DNA of 32,000 bases from an uncultured Enterobacteriaceae bacterium (lineage in GTDB: Bacteria; Verrucomicrobiota; Verrucomicrobiia; Opitutales; UBA953), in assembly GCA_964590115.1 (NCBI GenBank), contig CAZPYE010000012.1:1-32000 (forward strand), in the 5' to 3' direction. Each line of letters opens with the position of its first letter. Within the stretch, counting starts at the first letter, position 1. This document shows positions 1-9,229 of this stretch, piece by piece. Position numbers and translations under genes: made by a program. The notes below the pieces were generated by a model. The model did not search any database, was not told the DNA's origin, and saw nothing but the letters and a program-made list of their open reading frames with translations.

Positions 1-788
1 GAGAGAAGAGCCCGGCGATTCAGAATCGCGAGCGCTTCGTCGTGAAGTCGGGGATTGGCGGCGAGAACGGATTTGGCTCCGAGTGCGGCGTTCCCGTTCC
101 AGTCGGTAACTTTTGCTCCGGCGCCTTCGAGTATCGGCAAAAGCGGATACAAGTCCCACGGCGAAAGCACGGGATCCGCCATGATGTCCGCCCGCCCGGC
201 GGCGACCATCAGATACGCGTAGCAGTCGCCCCAGGTGCGGAAAAGGCGTGCTCGGTGCAAAAGCGCATTCCAGTCTTCGCCGGGATGCTCTGTCTCGCAA
301 TCAATGACGTCGGTGGTAAGCAGAAGAGCTTCTTTTACGGACGGCGTTTCGGAGACTTTCACGCGGCGCCCGTTGAGTTCGGCGGTTTTCCCGTCGCCGA
401 TAATGCGTTCCCGCGTAATCGGTTGGTCGATAACGCCGAGGCAGGGTTTTCCTTCGTGGAGCACGCCGAACAGGATGCCGTAAAGCGGCACACGCGAGAC
501 GAAGGACTTTGTCCCGTCAATCGGGTCGAGCGACCACACGAACTCCGCTTCGACGTTTTCGTTCCCGTATTCCTCGCCGATAATGCCGTGCCCGGGAAAT
601 TTTTCGTGAATCATCTCTCTCAGACGGCGTTCGCACTCTTTGTCTGCGACGGTTACGGGCGAGCCGTCCGGTTTGACTTCGATTGCCGTGTGTTCGAGCG
701 CGTGATAATCCGCCACAATGCGGCGCGCCGTATCGGCAAGCGTTCCCGCGAAGGCTTTTAGTTCGGTCAAATATTTTTCGGAAAGCAT
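1..788 (-). CDS. Inositol monophosphatase family protein (SuhB/HisN-like); C-terminus lies beyond the window edge
   Basis: Absent from the ORF track because it has no stop in the window. My manual translation of the minus strand from the ATG (complement of 786-788) gives MLSEKYLTELKAFAGTLADTARRIVADYH..FPGHGIIGEEYGNE..FVWSLDPIDGTKSFVSRVPLYG..WGDCYAYLMVAAGRADIMADPVLSPWDLYPLLPILEGAGAKVTDWNG. It carries the IMPase-family EE, DPIDGT and WD metal-site motifs. The listed + ORF 42-761 is its antisense shadow. Confidence 0.85.
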   Translation of the reverse strand, partial: MLSEKYLTELKAFAGTLADTARRIVADYHALEHTAIEVKPDGSPVTVADKECERRLREMIHEKFPGHGIIGEEYGNENVEAEFVWSLDPIDGTKSFVSRVPLYGILFGVLHEGKPCLGVIDQPITRERIIGDGKTAELNGRRVKVSETPSVKEALLLTTDVIDCETEHPGEDWNALLHRARLFRTWGDCYAYLMVAAGRADIMADPVLSPWDLYPLLPILEGAGAKVTDWNGNAALGAKSVLAANPRLHDEALAILNRRALL

Positions 789-863
789 AGGCAGAGCATC
801 AGGCAAAACGGGGTCGGTCGCGAACAAAAAAAATGAGATTCGGGAAAGCCGAGAGGGAGCGAA

Positions 864-1568
864 TTATTTCTTTTTCAGAATTTCCTCAAAGGAAAGTCCG
901 GACGCCTTCGTGAGCCCTTTAATCAGAATCCACAATGCGACGATGATAAAAACCATGCAGGGAAGCGTGATTACCGGCCACGATAGCGCAAGCATTGTTC
1001 CGATTTCCTCGTTAAATGCCGCACTGTCAACCTCCGGATCCGTATGCACGACGACTCGGGCGAGCCCGAAATTCAGAATCGTGCTCAAAAAGAACGAGGC
1101 GATAAGAACGCGGGAACAGCGCTTCAGCGTCGCGTCGAGCAGGGCGCCGTTCCCGAGCCGTGCGACGGCGGATTCAATCGCGGGAACGTCAAAAACCGCA
1201 TCGTTGAACAGAAACACACGAATCATTTTCCGCGAAAAAATCATAACGACAGCAATAAAGAGCGGAATCGCCGCTTCCTTGACGGCTACCCACGCCGGCG
1301 AAAGCCGGAAAAGCCCGATTCCTCCGGTAAGGAGCGTTCCCGCGAAGCCGATTACCGAAATCCAATTCGTTTTCCCCCGTTGCCGAAAATCCCGAAAAAA
1401 ATAGACAATCGGGAACGCCAGCGCGACAACGAGAATGATGCCGGGCGAAACCTGAAAATCAAAACGTTCGGCAATCTTTCCCCCCTTCGTCAGAATAAGG
1501 GCGGGAACAACGATGTTCATCAGCAGGCTGACGAACATATTTTCTTTTTTCTCTGGGCGCGAAGGCAT
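864..1568 (-). CDS. Multi-pass inner-membrane protein, function unassigned (YciB/septation-protein-A-like or VC0807-like by recollection only)
   Basis: 234-aa ORF with about six hydrophobic helices (NIVVPALIL, GIILVVALAFPIVYFF, ISVIGFAGTLLTGGIGLF, AAIPLFIAVVMIF, VLIASFFLSTILNFGL, PCMVFIIVALWILI). Its start overlaps the stop of the upstream gene by 1 nt, suggesting an operon. The start may instead be M11 at 1538. Confidence 0.7.
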   Translation of the reverse strand: MPSRPEKKENMFVSLLMNIVVPALILTKGGKIAERFDFQVSPGIILVVALAFPIVYFFRDFRQRGKTNWISVIGFAGTLLTGGIGLFRLSPAWVAVKEAAIPLFIAVVMIFSRKMIRVFLFNDAVFDVPAIESAVARLGNGALLDATLKRCSRVLIASFFLSTILNFGLARVVVHTDPEVDSAAFNEEIGTMLALSWPVITLPCMVFIIVALWILIKGLTKASGLSFEEILKKK

Positions 1569-2155
1569 CAGGCATCAAATTTTTGTGAACCGTATTTCGC
1601 CTTGTGCGCGGCGGAAACAACCAGATATTTCTCCGCCCAAACAAGCAGACCCTTACGTTCTTCCTCGGTGAGCGTTTTTTTAATTTTGGCGGGACAGCCG
1701 ACGACCATGGAGCCGGCGGGGACTTTCATGCGCGGCGGAACGACGGCACCTGCCGCAACGATACTGCCTTCTCCGATTTCCGCACCGTCAAGAATCGTTG
1801 AACTCATGCCGATTAGACAGCCGTCGCCGATTTTACAGCCGTGAAGCATCGCACGATGACCGACGGTTACGAACTTTCCGACGACCGTGGGCAAGTCGTC
1901 CGCCAAGTGAATACATACGCCGTCCTGAATGCTTGAACCTTCTCCGATAACGATTTCTTCAATGTCGGCGCGGAGAATTGCGCCGGGCCAAATGTTGGCG
2001 TTTGCGCCGATTTTGACGGCACCGAGCAATATGGCTCCGTGGGCGACGTAGGCGGAGGCGTCCACCTGCGGTGTGCGGGAAAGGAATTTGTCGAGACGCG
2101 CCTGTGCGGCACTGATTTGTGTTTCCGTCATAGTTTTGAAAAGTTCGAGTGCCAA
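1568..2155 (-). CDS. Gamma carbonic anhydrase family / left-handed beta-helix (hexapeptide repeat) protein
   Basis: 195 aa with repeated [LIV]-G-x-x-x-x hexapeptide turns (VKIGANANIWPGAILRAD, IVIGEGSSIQDGVCIH, VTVGHRAMLHGCKIGDGCLIGMSSTILDGAEIGEGSIVAAGAVV), typical of YrdA/PaaY-type gamma-CA-like proteins. The N-terminal 8-25 residues are uncertain. Confidence 0.88.
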   Translation of the reverse strand: MALELFKTMTETQISAAQARLDKFLSRTPQVDASAYVAHGAILLGAVKIGANANIWPGAILRADIEEIVIGEGSSIQDGVCIHLADDLPTVVGKFVTVGHRAMLHGCKIGDGCLIGMSSTILDGAEIGEGSIVAAGAVVPPRMKVPAGSMVVGCPAKIKKTLTEEERKGLLVWAEKYLVVSAAHKAKYGSQKFDA

Positions 2156-2281
2156 GCGTAATGTTCCCGCGGGAACGCGGGCAAACAGAAATTTCGGGAA
2201 CGCTCCGCATCTCTCCGGAAAGGAGAGCCGTCACCAAAATTGAAATTTACTTTATGCCGCTTTGTTTGAAAAATCGGAGGC

Positions 2282-2959
2282 ATGAAAAATATTTCCCAAA
2301 ATAAAAAGGGCGGATTGACCGAAAGTTTGCGCAAGGCGTTCGTAACGGGGCTTTTGTTTTGTCTTCCGGTTTCTCTGACGATTTACATTATCGTGTGGCT
2401 TGTAAACTTTCTGGCGTCTCCCGCTCGGGGCGGATTGAAATATTTTCTGCATTTTTTCGGCGTGGAGCTTCCGGCGACGCCGTTGGGTAACGCCGTCGTA
2501 ACAATTGCCGCCGCACTGATTGTCGCCGTGGCGATTGCTTTTATCGGGTTCGTTTCACGAAATCTTTTCGGACGCTTTTTCATCGGTTTGCTCGAAAAGT
2601 TGCTCAACAGGCTTCCGATGGTCCGCTCGATTTATTCGGCGATAAAACAAATTATCGATACGTTTTCCGTGGGCGGCAAGGACGAGACCTTCAGCCGTGC
2701 GGTTCTGGTGGAATTTCCCCGCCGGGAATGTTGGACCGTAGGATTTCTCACGCACGAAGGCGAAACGGAGTTTTCCCGGCTTGCGGGAACGCCGCTCGTG
2801 CACGTTTTTGTGCCGACGACGCCGAATCCGACCGGCGGCTACATGATTCTCGTTCCCGCGAATGAAATAAAGCTGCTCGACGTTTCCGTTGCCGACGCAA
2901 TGAAGATGATTGTTTCCGGCGGCGCCTTAATCCCCGAAGAACTGGCGGAGAAATCCTGA
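2282..2959 (+). CDS. DUF502 family membrane protein
   Basis: 225 aa. Two N-terminal TM helices (LLFCLPVSLTIYIIVWLV, VVTIAAALIVAVAIAFIGF) are followed by a conserved region (PMVRSIYSAIKQI..VLVEFPR..WTVGF.T..VFVPTTPNPTGGY..VP), which matches the DUF502 layout. A GGAGG Shine-Dalgarno lies 5 nt upstream of the ATG. Confidence 0.85.
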   Translation: MKNISQNKKGGLTESLRKAFVTGLLFCLPVSLTIYIIVWLVNFLASPARGGLKYFLHFFGVELPATPLGNAVVTIAAALIVAVAIAFIGFVSRNLFGRFFIGLLEKLLNRLPMVRSIYSAIKQIIDTFSVGGKDETFSRAVLVEFPRRECWTVGFLTHEGETEFSRLAGTPLVHVFVPTTPNPTGGYMILVPANEIKLLDVSVADAMKMIVSGGALIPEELAEKS

Positions 2960-3717
2960 TGAATCTCGTTGTTCTCGAAAGCTCGGAAACCGGAATTCTT
3001 CCTGCGGGAACACCTGAGGCGGAGCATCTGTTGCAAGTCTTGAAAGTCGCCCCGGGAAGCACCTTCTGGTGCGGCGTCAAAAACGGCATCCGGGGGCTGG
3101 CGACGGTTTCCGGCATTTCGGCATCCGGAGACATTTCGTTTTCCGTCGAATGGGAACGCGCACCGGCGCTTGCTCTGCCTCCCGTGCGTCTGGCGATCGG
3201 GCTTTCGCGCCCGCAGACGATGAAGAAAATTTTCGCGCTTGCGTCGGAAATCGGCTGTTCCCGAATTGATGTTTTTAAAAGCGAGAAGGGCGATCCCGCC
3301 TATGCGAAAAGCTCTCTTTGGCAGCCCGGCGACGGAACTTTTTCGGAGATTTTAAAAAAGTCCGCCGAGCAAACTTGCGTTCCCGCGATTCCGCAATATC
3401 GCCTGTATCGTTCGCTTGAAGATTTCTTAGAAGAAAATTCCCGTTGCGCAGAGAATGAAAACCGGGTTGCACTCGATGTTTATGCTTCGGAAAAGTCTCT
3501 GGGAGACATTGCCGTTTCGGGCGGGCGGGAAACGATTCTTGCAATAGGCTCCGAGCGCGGGTGGACGGATTCCGAACGCGCCTTACTCAAAGAGAACGCG
3601 TTCAAATTTGCCCATCTCGGGGAGCGCGTTCTGCGCGTGGAAACCGCCGTATCCGTTGCGCTTTCCGTGGCACTTTCAAAAATCGGTTTTTGGACACCGC
3701 ACAAACCGCTCAATTGA
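2959..3717 (+). CDS. rsmE: 16S rRNA (uracil1498-N3)-methyltransferase
   Basis: 252 aa. It has a PUA-like N-terminus and the SPOUT C-terminal signature ILAIGSERGWTDSE..LGERVLRVETAVSVAL, which is characteristic of RsmE. The start overlaps the DUF502 stop (TGATG). Confidence 0.85.
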   Translation: MNLVVLESSETGILPAGTPEAEHLLQVLKVAPGSTFWCGVKNGIRGLATVSGISASGDISFSVEWERAPALALPPVRLAIGLSRPQTMKKIFALASEIGCSRIDVFKSEKGDPAYAKSSLWQPGDGTFSEILKKSAEQTCVPAIPQYRLYRSLEDFLEENSRCAENENRVALDVYASEKSLGDIAVSGGRETILAIGSERGWTDSERALLKENAFKFAHLGERVLRVETAVSVALSVALSKIGFWTPHKPLN

Positions 3718-3736
3718 GCAGCGCAACCGCTTTTTT

Positions 3737-4699
3737 TTAGAAGCGGATTCCGCCCTGAATGAAAAACGCGAGGGACGGATCCGTCGTGAATTTTTCCTCC
3801 GTCTTATGCCCGTCCCGGTATTGCCGAAATTCCGACCATGCATGGAGCGAAACTCCCGCACTCAGAAAAAGATTTTTCGAGAGATTCCACGTTCCCGCAA
3901 CCGTTACGGGAACGCTTTCGCAACGATACGCTCCGCTTTTTCCGGAATATGGCGCAGAGGCACCGCGTTCTTCTCCGACGGCGAAACTCGACGATTCGTA
4001 AGAAACGGAAAAATCGACAAGGAATTTTTCTTCGCCGCTCGTATCCCATGTCAGAGTCAGACCGTTGAGCGCCCGCAAATTCCAATTCGGTCGGATACGC
4101 CAGTCGAAGGAAAACAACGGCACGAAATACCAGCGTTCCCGATCGATGCGATACATCGCCGCCGCACCGAGCATTACGGAAGTCGTTTCCGAAAAGTATT
4201 GCTTCCCGGCAAAGCCGATCATTCCGCTCGCGCCGTCGGAAAGCGCCGTTCCGTCTTCCGCCGCGAGCGCACCCGACAGGACGGCGACAGCCGCCGCTCC
4301 GGTCGCCGGGTTGATGAATTCCTGATAGGAGCTCATGCGAAGCGAGTCCGTGTGCGAAAACGGAGTCGCGGCACCTCCGGAGAAGCGGTAGTCCGTGCGG
4401 CGGTAGTCAAGCGACGTAAGGGCGATGCGTGTTTTTTCCGGATGGACGTAGCGCCACGAACATCCCGTTCCGTAGGTCGAATACGCCATTTTCCCGCCCG
4501 ATGAAAGACTCGCAGGCAAACTTTGCGCATAGTAGCCGTAAAAGGGCGTTATCAGGTGTTCCCGCACGCGAATCTGTTCCCGTGCCGGCGTGTAAATTTT
4601 CCCCGTTTCCGCTTCGCTTGCCGCGAATCCGGGATTTCCTGCAGACAGCATCAGCGGCGGGAACACGGCGAGGAATATTGCGAAATTAAATACCTTCAT
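3737..4699 (-). CDS. Putative outer-membrane beta-barrel protein (no family assigned)
   Basis: I trimmed the ORF track entry 3737-4885 to the internal ATG at 4699. That start gives a signal peptide (MKVFNFAIFLAVFPPLMLSAGNPGFAA), followed by alternating hydrophobic/polar strands rich in Y/G/S/T and a C-terminal aromatic residue (..GGIRF), as in OM beta-barrels. Confidence 0.65.
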   Translation of the reverse strand: MKVFNFAIFLAVFPPLMLSAGNPGFAASEAETGKIYTPAREQIRVREHLITPFYGYYAQSLPASLSSGGKMAYSTYGTGCSWRYVHPEKTRIALTSLDYRRTDYRFSGGAATPFSHTDSLRMSSYQEFINPATGAAAVAVLSGALAAEDGTALSDGASGMIGFAGKQYFSETTSVMLGAAAMYRIDRERWYFVPLFSFDWRIRPNWNLRALNGLTLTWDTSGEEKFLVDFSVSYESSSFAVGEERGASAPYSGKSGAYRCESVPVTVAGTWNLSKNLFLSAGVSLHAWSEFRQYRDGHKTEEKFTTDPSLAFFIQGGIRF

Positions 4700-4741
4700 T
4701 TTTATATATGGCGGACGATAAAAAATAAAAAAGTATAGCGG

Positions 4742-4775
4742 CGCAATAAAAATTAGAACATATGTTTTTATTGCG
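4742..4775. repeat. Perfect 11-bp inverted repeat (CGCAATAAAAA - 12 nt - TTTTTATTGCG) in the divergent OMP/tatA intergenic region
   Basis: Read directly: arms at 4742-4752 and 4765-4775. A third GCAATAAAA copy lies at about 4808-4816. It could be an operator or a hairpin, but no function is known. Confidence 0.5.
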
Positions 4776-4825
4776 TTTTCCTTTTCACGGAATCCGGGCG
4801 TGCGGGAGCAATAAAATAAAATGCG

Positions 4826-4854
4826 TTGCCGCTTATATGGGGAGAATCCATAAT
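4826..4854 (+). promoter_or_regulatory. Candidate sigma70-type promoter for tatA (TTGCCG - 17 nt - CATAAT) behind an A/T-rich tract
   Basis: Hexamers read at 4826-4831 and 4849-4854, with AATAAAATAAAAT immediately upstream. The tatA ATG is at 4876. Confidence 0.3.
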
Positions 4855-4875
4855 TCGCGGCACATTTATACGGCA

Positions 4876-5175
4876 ATGCAAACATTATCCCACACAGAAA
4901 TTTTAGCGGCGGTAACGCCGACGACCGTTATCATTGTTCTGGTTTTAATTCTGCTGATTTTCGGCGGGAAAAAGCTTCCGGAACTCGCCCGCGGGCTCGG
5001 GAAAGCCCGGCGCGAATTTAAGCGCGCGAGCGAAGAAATCGACGAAGAGGTAAAATCCGCCATCGAAGCCGACGAGCGCGCCGACGTGCGCCGCAAACTC
5101 ATCGAAGAAGAGGAGCGCAAAAAAATCCGCGAACGTATCGAAGCGGAAGAGCGGGCGAAATTGGAAAACAAATAA
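4876..5175 (+). CDS. tatA: Sec-independent (twin-arginine) translocase subunit TatA/E
   Basis: Trimmed from ORF 4762-5175 to the ATG at 4876. The product [49 protein letters not shown] has the single TM helix, the FGxxKLPE hinge and the amphipathic helix of TatA, then a charged E/R/K tail. Confidence 0.85.
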   Translation: MQTLSHTEILAAVTPTTVIIVLVLILLIFGGKKLPELARGLGKARREFKRASEEIDEEVKSAIEADERADVRRKLIEEEERKKIRERIEAEERAKLENK

Positions 5176-5217
5176 AACTCGACCGGCAAGGAACAGAAGT
5201 AAAAAAAGATTTTTTGC

Positions 5218-5601
5218 GTGGAAGACGAAGCGCTTTTCAAAGAAATTCTAAATGCCGCTTTTTCGGTTCATTCCGCATTGGGTCCGGGGGTGTTGGAGTC
5301 CGCTTATGCTCGATGTTTGGCAGTAGAACTTGCGGAACGCGGAATTTCTGCCGAAGCCGAGGTCATTTTGCCGATAAATTATCGTTCCCGCAAGATTGAG
5401 TCCGCTTTTCGAGTTGATTTGCTTGTAGAAAAACGAATTGTCGTCGAACTCAAGTCCGTCGCGGAATTAACGCCGCTTCACCTTGCCCAAGTATTGACTT
5501 ATTTAAAACTTCTAAATCTGCCTTCCGGCTTGCTCATCAATTTTAATACTGTACGGTTAAAAGACGGAATTCGTCGTATTTTTAATAATTTTTCCAAGTA
5601 A
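5218..5601 (+). CDS. GxxExxY protein (PD-(D/E)XK nuclease-fold family)
   Basis: 127 aa with a GTG start. It contains the name-giving motif G-V-L-E-S-A-Y (LGPGVLESAYARCL) and the conserved D-L-L-V-E..VELK core seen in this family. Confidence 0.85.
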   Translation: MEDEALFKEILNAAFSVHSALGPGVLESAYARCLAVELAERGISAEAEVILPINYRSRKIESAFRVDLLVEKRIVVELKSVAELTPLHLAQVLTYLKLLNLPSGLLINFNTVRLKDGIRRIFNNFSK

Positions 5602-5648
5602 AAATCCTTCTTTTTCTTTTGTTCCTTTCCGGTTAAATAAAAACTCCC

Positions 5649-7820
5649 ATGAAAAAAATTCTTTCTCTTCTCCTTGTTTTTGCTGCAGCGTGCGCGGGAA
5701 CGGCCGCACACGCGCAAAATTCGGATTTTTCGTTTTCGGATACGCCGTTCGCGGCGTTCGGCGCTCCCGCGCAGTCTGCGCAGACGACCGATGTCGAGGT
5801 GCTCGGCGTGACGGAAAGCGGCGGCGAGAACGATTCGGAGCGCTATTTTTCAGTGCTCCTCAAAATGACGATGCAACCCGGCTGGCATCTTTACTGGAAA
5901 AATCCGGGCGAAGCCGGAATGCCGCTCAGCGTCGGATGGACGGGCGTTCCCGCAGGCGTAACTTTTTCCGGATGGGATTGGAGCACACCGAAATATTACG
6001 AACTCCAAGGACTCGCGAGCTACGTTTACGAAAACGTCGCCTACGTCGGAATTAACTTCTTCGTTCCGAAAAATTTCCCTGCGAAAAAACTCACGCTCAC
6101 GGGAACGGCATCGTGGCTTGCTTGTGACGACAACGGCTGTTTCCCGCAGGACAAGGAAATTTCCGTCGAGATTGATTTGGCAAAAGATTTGAGCAGTGTC
6201 GGAGACTCGCCGGAGTTTCGCGAAGCGGCAAAAGCGTTCCCGTTTCCCTTGGGTTCCGAAATTCTTGCCGCAACATTTTCGGAAAAGCCCGACGCGGTTG
6301 AAATTTCTTTGAAACCGCGCGAAGGCGGCGTGCTTCCCGCCGATTCCCGTTTTTTCCCGGAAAGCGAAAAATTTGAGGCATCGGCGGCGACGGTCGTTCC
6401 CGTCGCGAAAAACGGCGCACTGATTTTTGCGCTTCCGCTTCGTAGCGGTGAAAAAATTGCCGGCGCGGAAGATCTTGCCGGCGTGCTTGTTGCTCCGGAC
6501 GGGAGCGCAATCGGCGTTCCCGCGGAAACGTTTTCTTCCGGGAACGCAGCGGCGGCTACGGCGGACGCACCTGCGGCGCCCGCTTCGGAATTTTCGTTTG
6601 ATTCGGCATTTGTCGGTTTGCTCCTGCTTGCATTCGCGGGCGGACTGATTTTGAACCTGATGCCCTGTGTTTTCCCGGTTCTCGGTCTGAAAATCATGCA
6701 CTTTGTCGGCAAAGCGGGTTCGGACAAAAAGAAAATCGCGCGCCACGGATTCGTTTTCGGAGCGGGCGTGCTGATTTCATTCTGGATTCTCGCGGGGGCA
6801 CTGGCGGTGCTGCGTAGCGGCGGAGAACAACTCGGCTGGGGCTTTCAGTTGCAGGAGCCGGGATTCGTTTACGGCATGATTTTGCTGATGCTTGTTTTCG
6901 GACTGTCGATGTCGGGCGTGTTTGAATTCGGTGTCGGAGCAACGAGTGTGGGCGGCTCGCTCACGGAAAAATCCGGTTACGCCGGCTCGTTTTTCTCCGG
7001 CGTTTTGGCGGTGATTATTGCCACGCCTTGCGCCGCGCCGTTTCTCGCGCCCGCGCTCGGAAGTGCGCTGACATTGCCGCTCGTGCCGTCGTTCGCTCTG
7101 TTTACGTCGATTGCGATCGGGCTCGCCGCACCGTATGTGATTTTGTCCTGCGTTCCCGCGTTGCTGAAATTTTTGCCGAAGCCCGGCGCGTGGATGGAAA
7201 CGTTTAAGCAGGCGATGGCGTTTTTGCTCTACGCGCCTGCGCTGTATTTCGTCTGGGTGCTGATGGGTCAAGTGGAAGATGCTTTTGCTCAGCGAGATTT
7301 GATGATATCGCTCTCCGTCGTCGCGCTCGCGTGTTGGATTTACGGGAAATGGGCAACGCCGTGGCGTTCCCGCTTTGCGCGTATCGCGGGAACGCTCGTT
7401 GCACTCGTTCTTTTCGCGGGAACGGTGTTCTACTCGATGAATTTGCTTTACGGAAAAAAATCCGAAGACTGGATCACATGGTCGCCCGAAGCTCAGGCGG
7501 AAGCGTTGGAAGACGGGAAAATCGTTTACATCGATTTTACGGCGCGCTGGTGCGCGACTTGCCAAGTCAACAAGCGCGTTTACGATGATTCCGCCCTGAA
7601 AAAAGAATTCGCTGCCGCCGACGTGGTGAAAATGCGGGCGGATTGGACGAACAAAAATGCGACCATCGCAAACGAGTTGAGTAAATACGGTCGCGCCGCC
7701 GTTCCCGTGAACGTCTTCCTCAAAGACGGAAAGGACCCCGTTATTCTCGGAGAACTCTTCGCCGGACCCGGCACCGTTTCCGCCGGATTGCAGGAAATCT
7801 CGGAGGACGACTCCGAATAA
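5649..7820 (+). CDS. dsbD: Protein-disulfide reductase DsbD family (N-terminal periplasmic domain, CcdA-like TM core, C-terminal thioredoxin)
   Basis: 723 aa. It has a signal peptide (MKKILSLLLVFAAACAGTAAHA) and an N-domain with YWKNPGEAGMP and a CDDNGC Cys pair. The TM core carries LMPCVFPVL and ATPCAAPFL, and the C-terminal thioredoxin fold carries WCATCQ. Confidence 0.9.
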   Translation: MKKILSLLLVFAAACAGTAAHAQNSDFSFSDTPFAAFGAPAQSAQTTDVEVLGVTESGGENDSERYFSVLLKMTMQPGWHLYWKNPGEAGMPLSVGWTGVPAGVTFSGWDWSTPKYYELQGLASYVYENVAYVGINFFVPKNFPAKKLTLTGTASWLACDDNGCFPQDKEISVEIDLAKDLSSVGDSPEFREAAKAFPFPLGSEILAATFSEKPDAVEISLKPREGGVLPADSRFFPESEKFEASAATVVPVAKNGALIFALPLRSGEKIAGAEDLAGVLVAPDGSAIGVPAETFSSGNAAAATADAPAAPASEFSFDSAFVGLLLLAFAGGLILNLMPCVFPVLGLKIMHFVGKAGSDKKKIARHGFVFGAGVLISFWILAGALAVLRSGGEQLGWGFQLQEPGFVYGMILLMLVFGLSMSGVFEFGVGATSVGGSLTEKSGYAGSFFSGVLAVIIATPCAAPFLAPALGSALTLPLVPSFALFTSIAIGLAAPYVILSCVPALLKFLPKPGAWMETFKQAMAFLLYAPALYFVWVLMGQVEDAFAQRDLMISLSVVALACWIYGKWATPWRSRFARIAGTLVALVLFAGTVFYSMNLLYGKKSEDWITWSPEAQAEALEDGKIVYIDFTARWCATCQVNKRVYDDSALKKEFAAADVVKMRADWTNKNATIANELSKYGRAAVPVNVFLKDGKDPVILGELFAGPGTVSAGLQEISEDDSE

Positions 7821-7834
7821 AAATTCTTTTTGCG

Positions 7835-7869
7835 AAATCCGCAAGGCGTCGGCTTTGCGGATTTTTTTT
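7835..7869 (+). terminator. Rho-independent terminator after dsbD
   Basis: AAATCCGCAA (7835-7844) pairs perfectly with TTGCGGATTT (7855-7864) across a 10-nt loop, followed by a T-run to 7869. It sits between the convergent dsbD and mntP genes. Confidence 0.7.
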
Positions 7870-7874
7870 GCCCG

Positions 7875-8468
7875 TTATTGACAAAGGGCGCGGATGCCGA
7901 GCGCAATGAGGACGAGCCCGGCGGCAGTTCCGAGAAGTTTTACGGGAAGCCTCCGGAAAACGCGCGTGGAATAAAACGCCGCAAGCACGCAAACAAACGT
8001 GATTCCCGCAATAACCGCTGCCGGCAGGAAAATTCTGTCGGTCAGTGTCGGAGACGTATTCGTTTCGTATTGCGCGCAGGCGATTCCCGCACCGACGGCG
8101 AGCGCGTCAATACTCGTCGCTATGCCGATTGCAAAAATGCTTTTCCAGCAACGTAGCGCACAGCGGATGCAACCCTGAGAAGAGTCGTCCGATGTCTCCG
8201 TCCACGCATTGTAGATAAACATTGAGCCGAGAGCCAAAAACACGGCAAAAGCGATTCCGTGAGACCACGGGCTGATATAGCTGAGAACCGTTCCCGTCGC
8301 AAAAAAGCCGATTGTCGGCATGAGTCCCTGAAATGCTCCCGTGACGGCGGCGAGCTTCAGGGGGCATTTCCACCGGTGTTCCCGCGATGTGAGTCCGCAG
8401 GAGAAAGCGACGACGGAAGCATCTACCGCCAACGCCAATCCGAGTCCGGCCGCCGAAGTAAAATCCAT
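7875..8468 (-). CDS. mntP: Manganese efflux pump MntP family
   Basis: Trimmed from 7875-8528 to the ATG at 8468 (MDFTSAAGLGLALAVDASVVAFSCG..). It is a small six-TM protein with the duplicated A-x-D-A/S-x-x-V motif (LAVDASVV, SIDALAVG) of the MntP/DUF204 family. Confidence 0.82.
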   Translation of the reverse strand: MDFTSAAGLGLALAVDASVVAFSCGLTSREHRWKCPLKLAAVTGAFQGLMPTIGFFATGTVLSYISPWSHGIAFAVFLALGSMFIYNAWTETSDDSSQGCIRCALRCWKSIFAIGIATSIDALAVGAGIACAQYETNTSPTLTDRIFLPAAVIAGITFVCVLAAFYSTRVFRRLPVKLLGTAAGLVLIALGIRALCQ

Positions 8469-8490
8469 TGTCGTTTGCGGGAAAAGAAAA

Positions 8491-9207
8491 TTAAAGTGCG
8501 TGGGAGGGAACACAGGAGCGAACGTCAATCAGACGTGCCTGAATTTCATCGGGACTCAGTGCCTGAAGCGCTTCAAGCGTAAGGGCATTTTTTACGTCGT
8601 GGTCTCCCGATGCGGTGCGACGCAGTGCGGTAAGCGAGGCTCCAGGTCCGAGCTTGCGTCCCAGGTCGTGAGCGAGCGTTCTTACGTAAGTTCCCTTGGT
8701 GCACGCTACGCGAAAGCTCACTTCCGGAAGTGCGGCATCGGTAACCTCAAACGAGGAAATACGAATGAAACGGGGTTCCCGCTCGGTTTCCTGTCCTTTT
8801 CGCGCCATTTTGTAGAGCGGTTGTCCGTTGATTTTTATCGCAGAAAACATCGGCGGCGTCTGGTATTGATCCCCGAGCATGGAACTCATGGCTTCCGAAA
8901 TCGTTTCTACGGTAAGTTCGGCGGGAACGGGATTTTCCTCGACGATTTCTCCGTCGGAATCCTGCGTATTGGTGACGCGACCGAGGCGAAACGAGCCTTC
9001 GTAAACCTTGCCTTGGCTCATCAGGTATTGAGATGCCTTGCAAGCCGTGCCCACGAGGATGACGAGCAAACCCGTTGCGAGCGGATCGAGCGTTCCCGCG
9101 TGACCCACGCGCCGCGTATGTAAAATACCGCGGAGTTTGGCGACGACATCGTGCGAGGTCCAGCCCGTAGGTTTGTCGATGAGTAGGATTCCGTTGAAAT
9201 CAGACAT
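8491..9207 (-). CDS. truB: tRNA pseudouridine(55) synthase
   Basis: Trimmed from 8491-9378 to the ATG at 9207. It has the TruB motifs MSDFNGILLIDKPTGWTSHDVV and VGHAGTLDPLATGLLVILVG (catalytic Asp), plus YQQ/TPPMFSAIK and KGTYVRTLAHDLG. Confidence 0.92.
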   Translation of the reverse strand: MSDFNGILLIDKPTGWTSHDVVAKLRGILHTRRVGHAGTLDPLATGLLVILVGTACKASQYLMSQGKVYEGSFRLGRVTNTQDSDGEIVEENPVPAELTVETISEAMSSMLGDQYQTPPMFSAIKINGQPLYKMARKGQETEREPRFIRISSFEVTDAALPEVSFRVACTKGTYVRTLAHDLGRKLGPGASLTALRRTASGDHDVKNALTLEALQALSPDEIQARLIDVRSCVPSHAL

Positions 9208-9229
9208 GGCGAAAATACGCGCGTAACGG

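Noticed and set aside
42-761. 239-aa plus-strand ORF at the window start
   Set aside because: The opposite strand encodes a clear inositol-monophosphatase-family protein (DPIDGT and WD motifs) that the track omits only because its stop lies outside the window.
3727-3746. CCGCTT / AAGCGG hairpin between the convergent rsmE and the OM beta-barrel gene, considered as a terminator
   Set aside because: The stem is only 6 bp. The T-run is in the loop rather than downstream, and the right arm lies inside the OMP coding sequence.
4700-4885. N-terminal 62-residue extension of the OM beta-barrel ORF, and similar 5' extensions of truB, kdsD, the amidase, murJ, yhbY, SulP, mntP, tatA and comM in the track
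   Set aside because: In each case an internal ATG gives the canonical family N-terminus or a signal peptide. The extension either overlaps the neighbouring gene or spacer or encodes low-complexity sequence.
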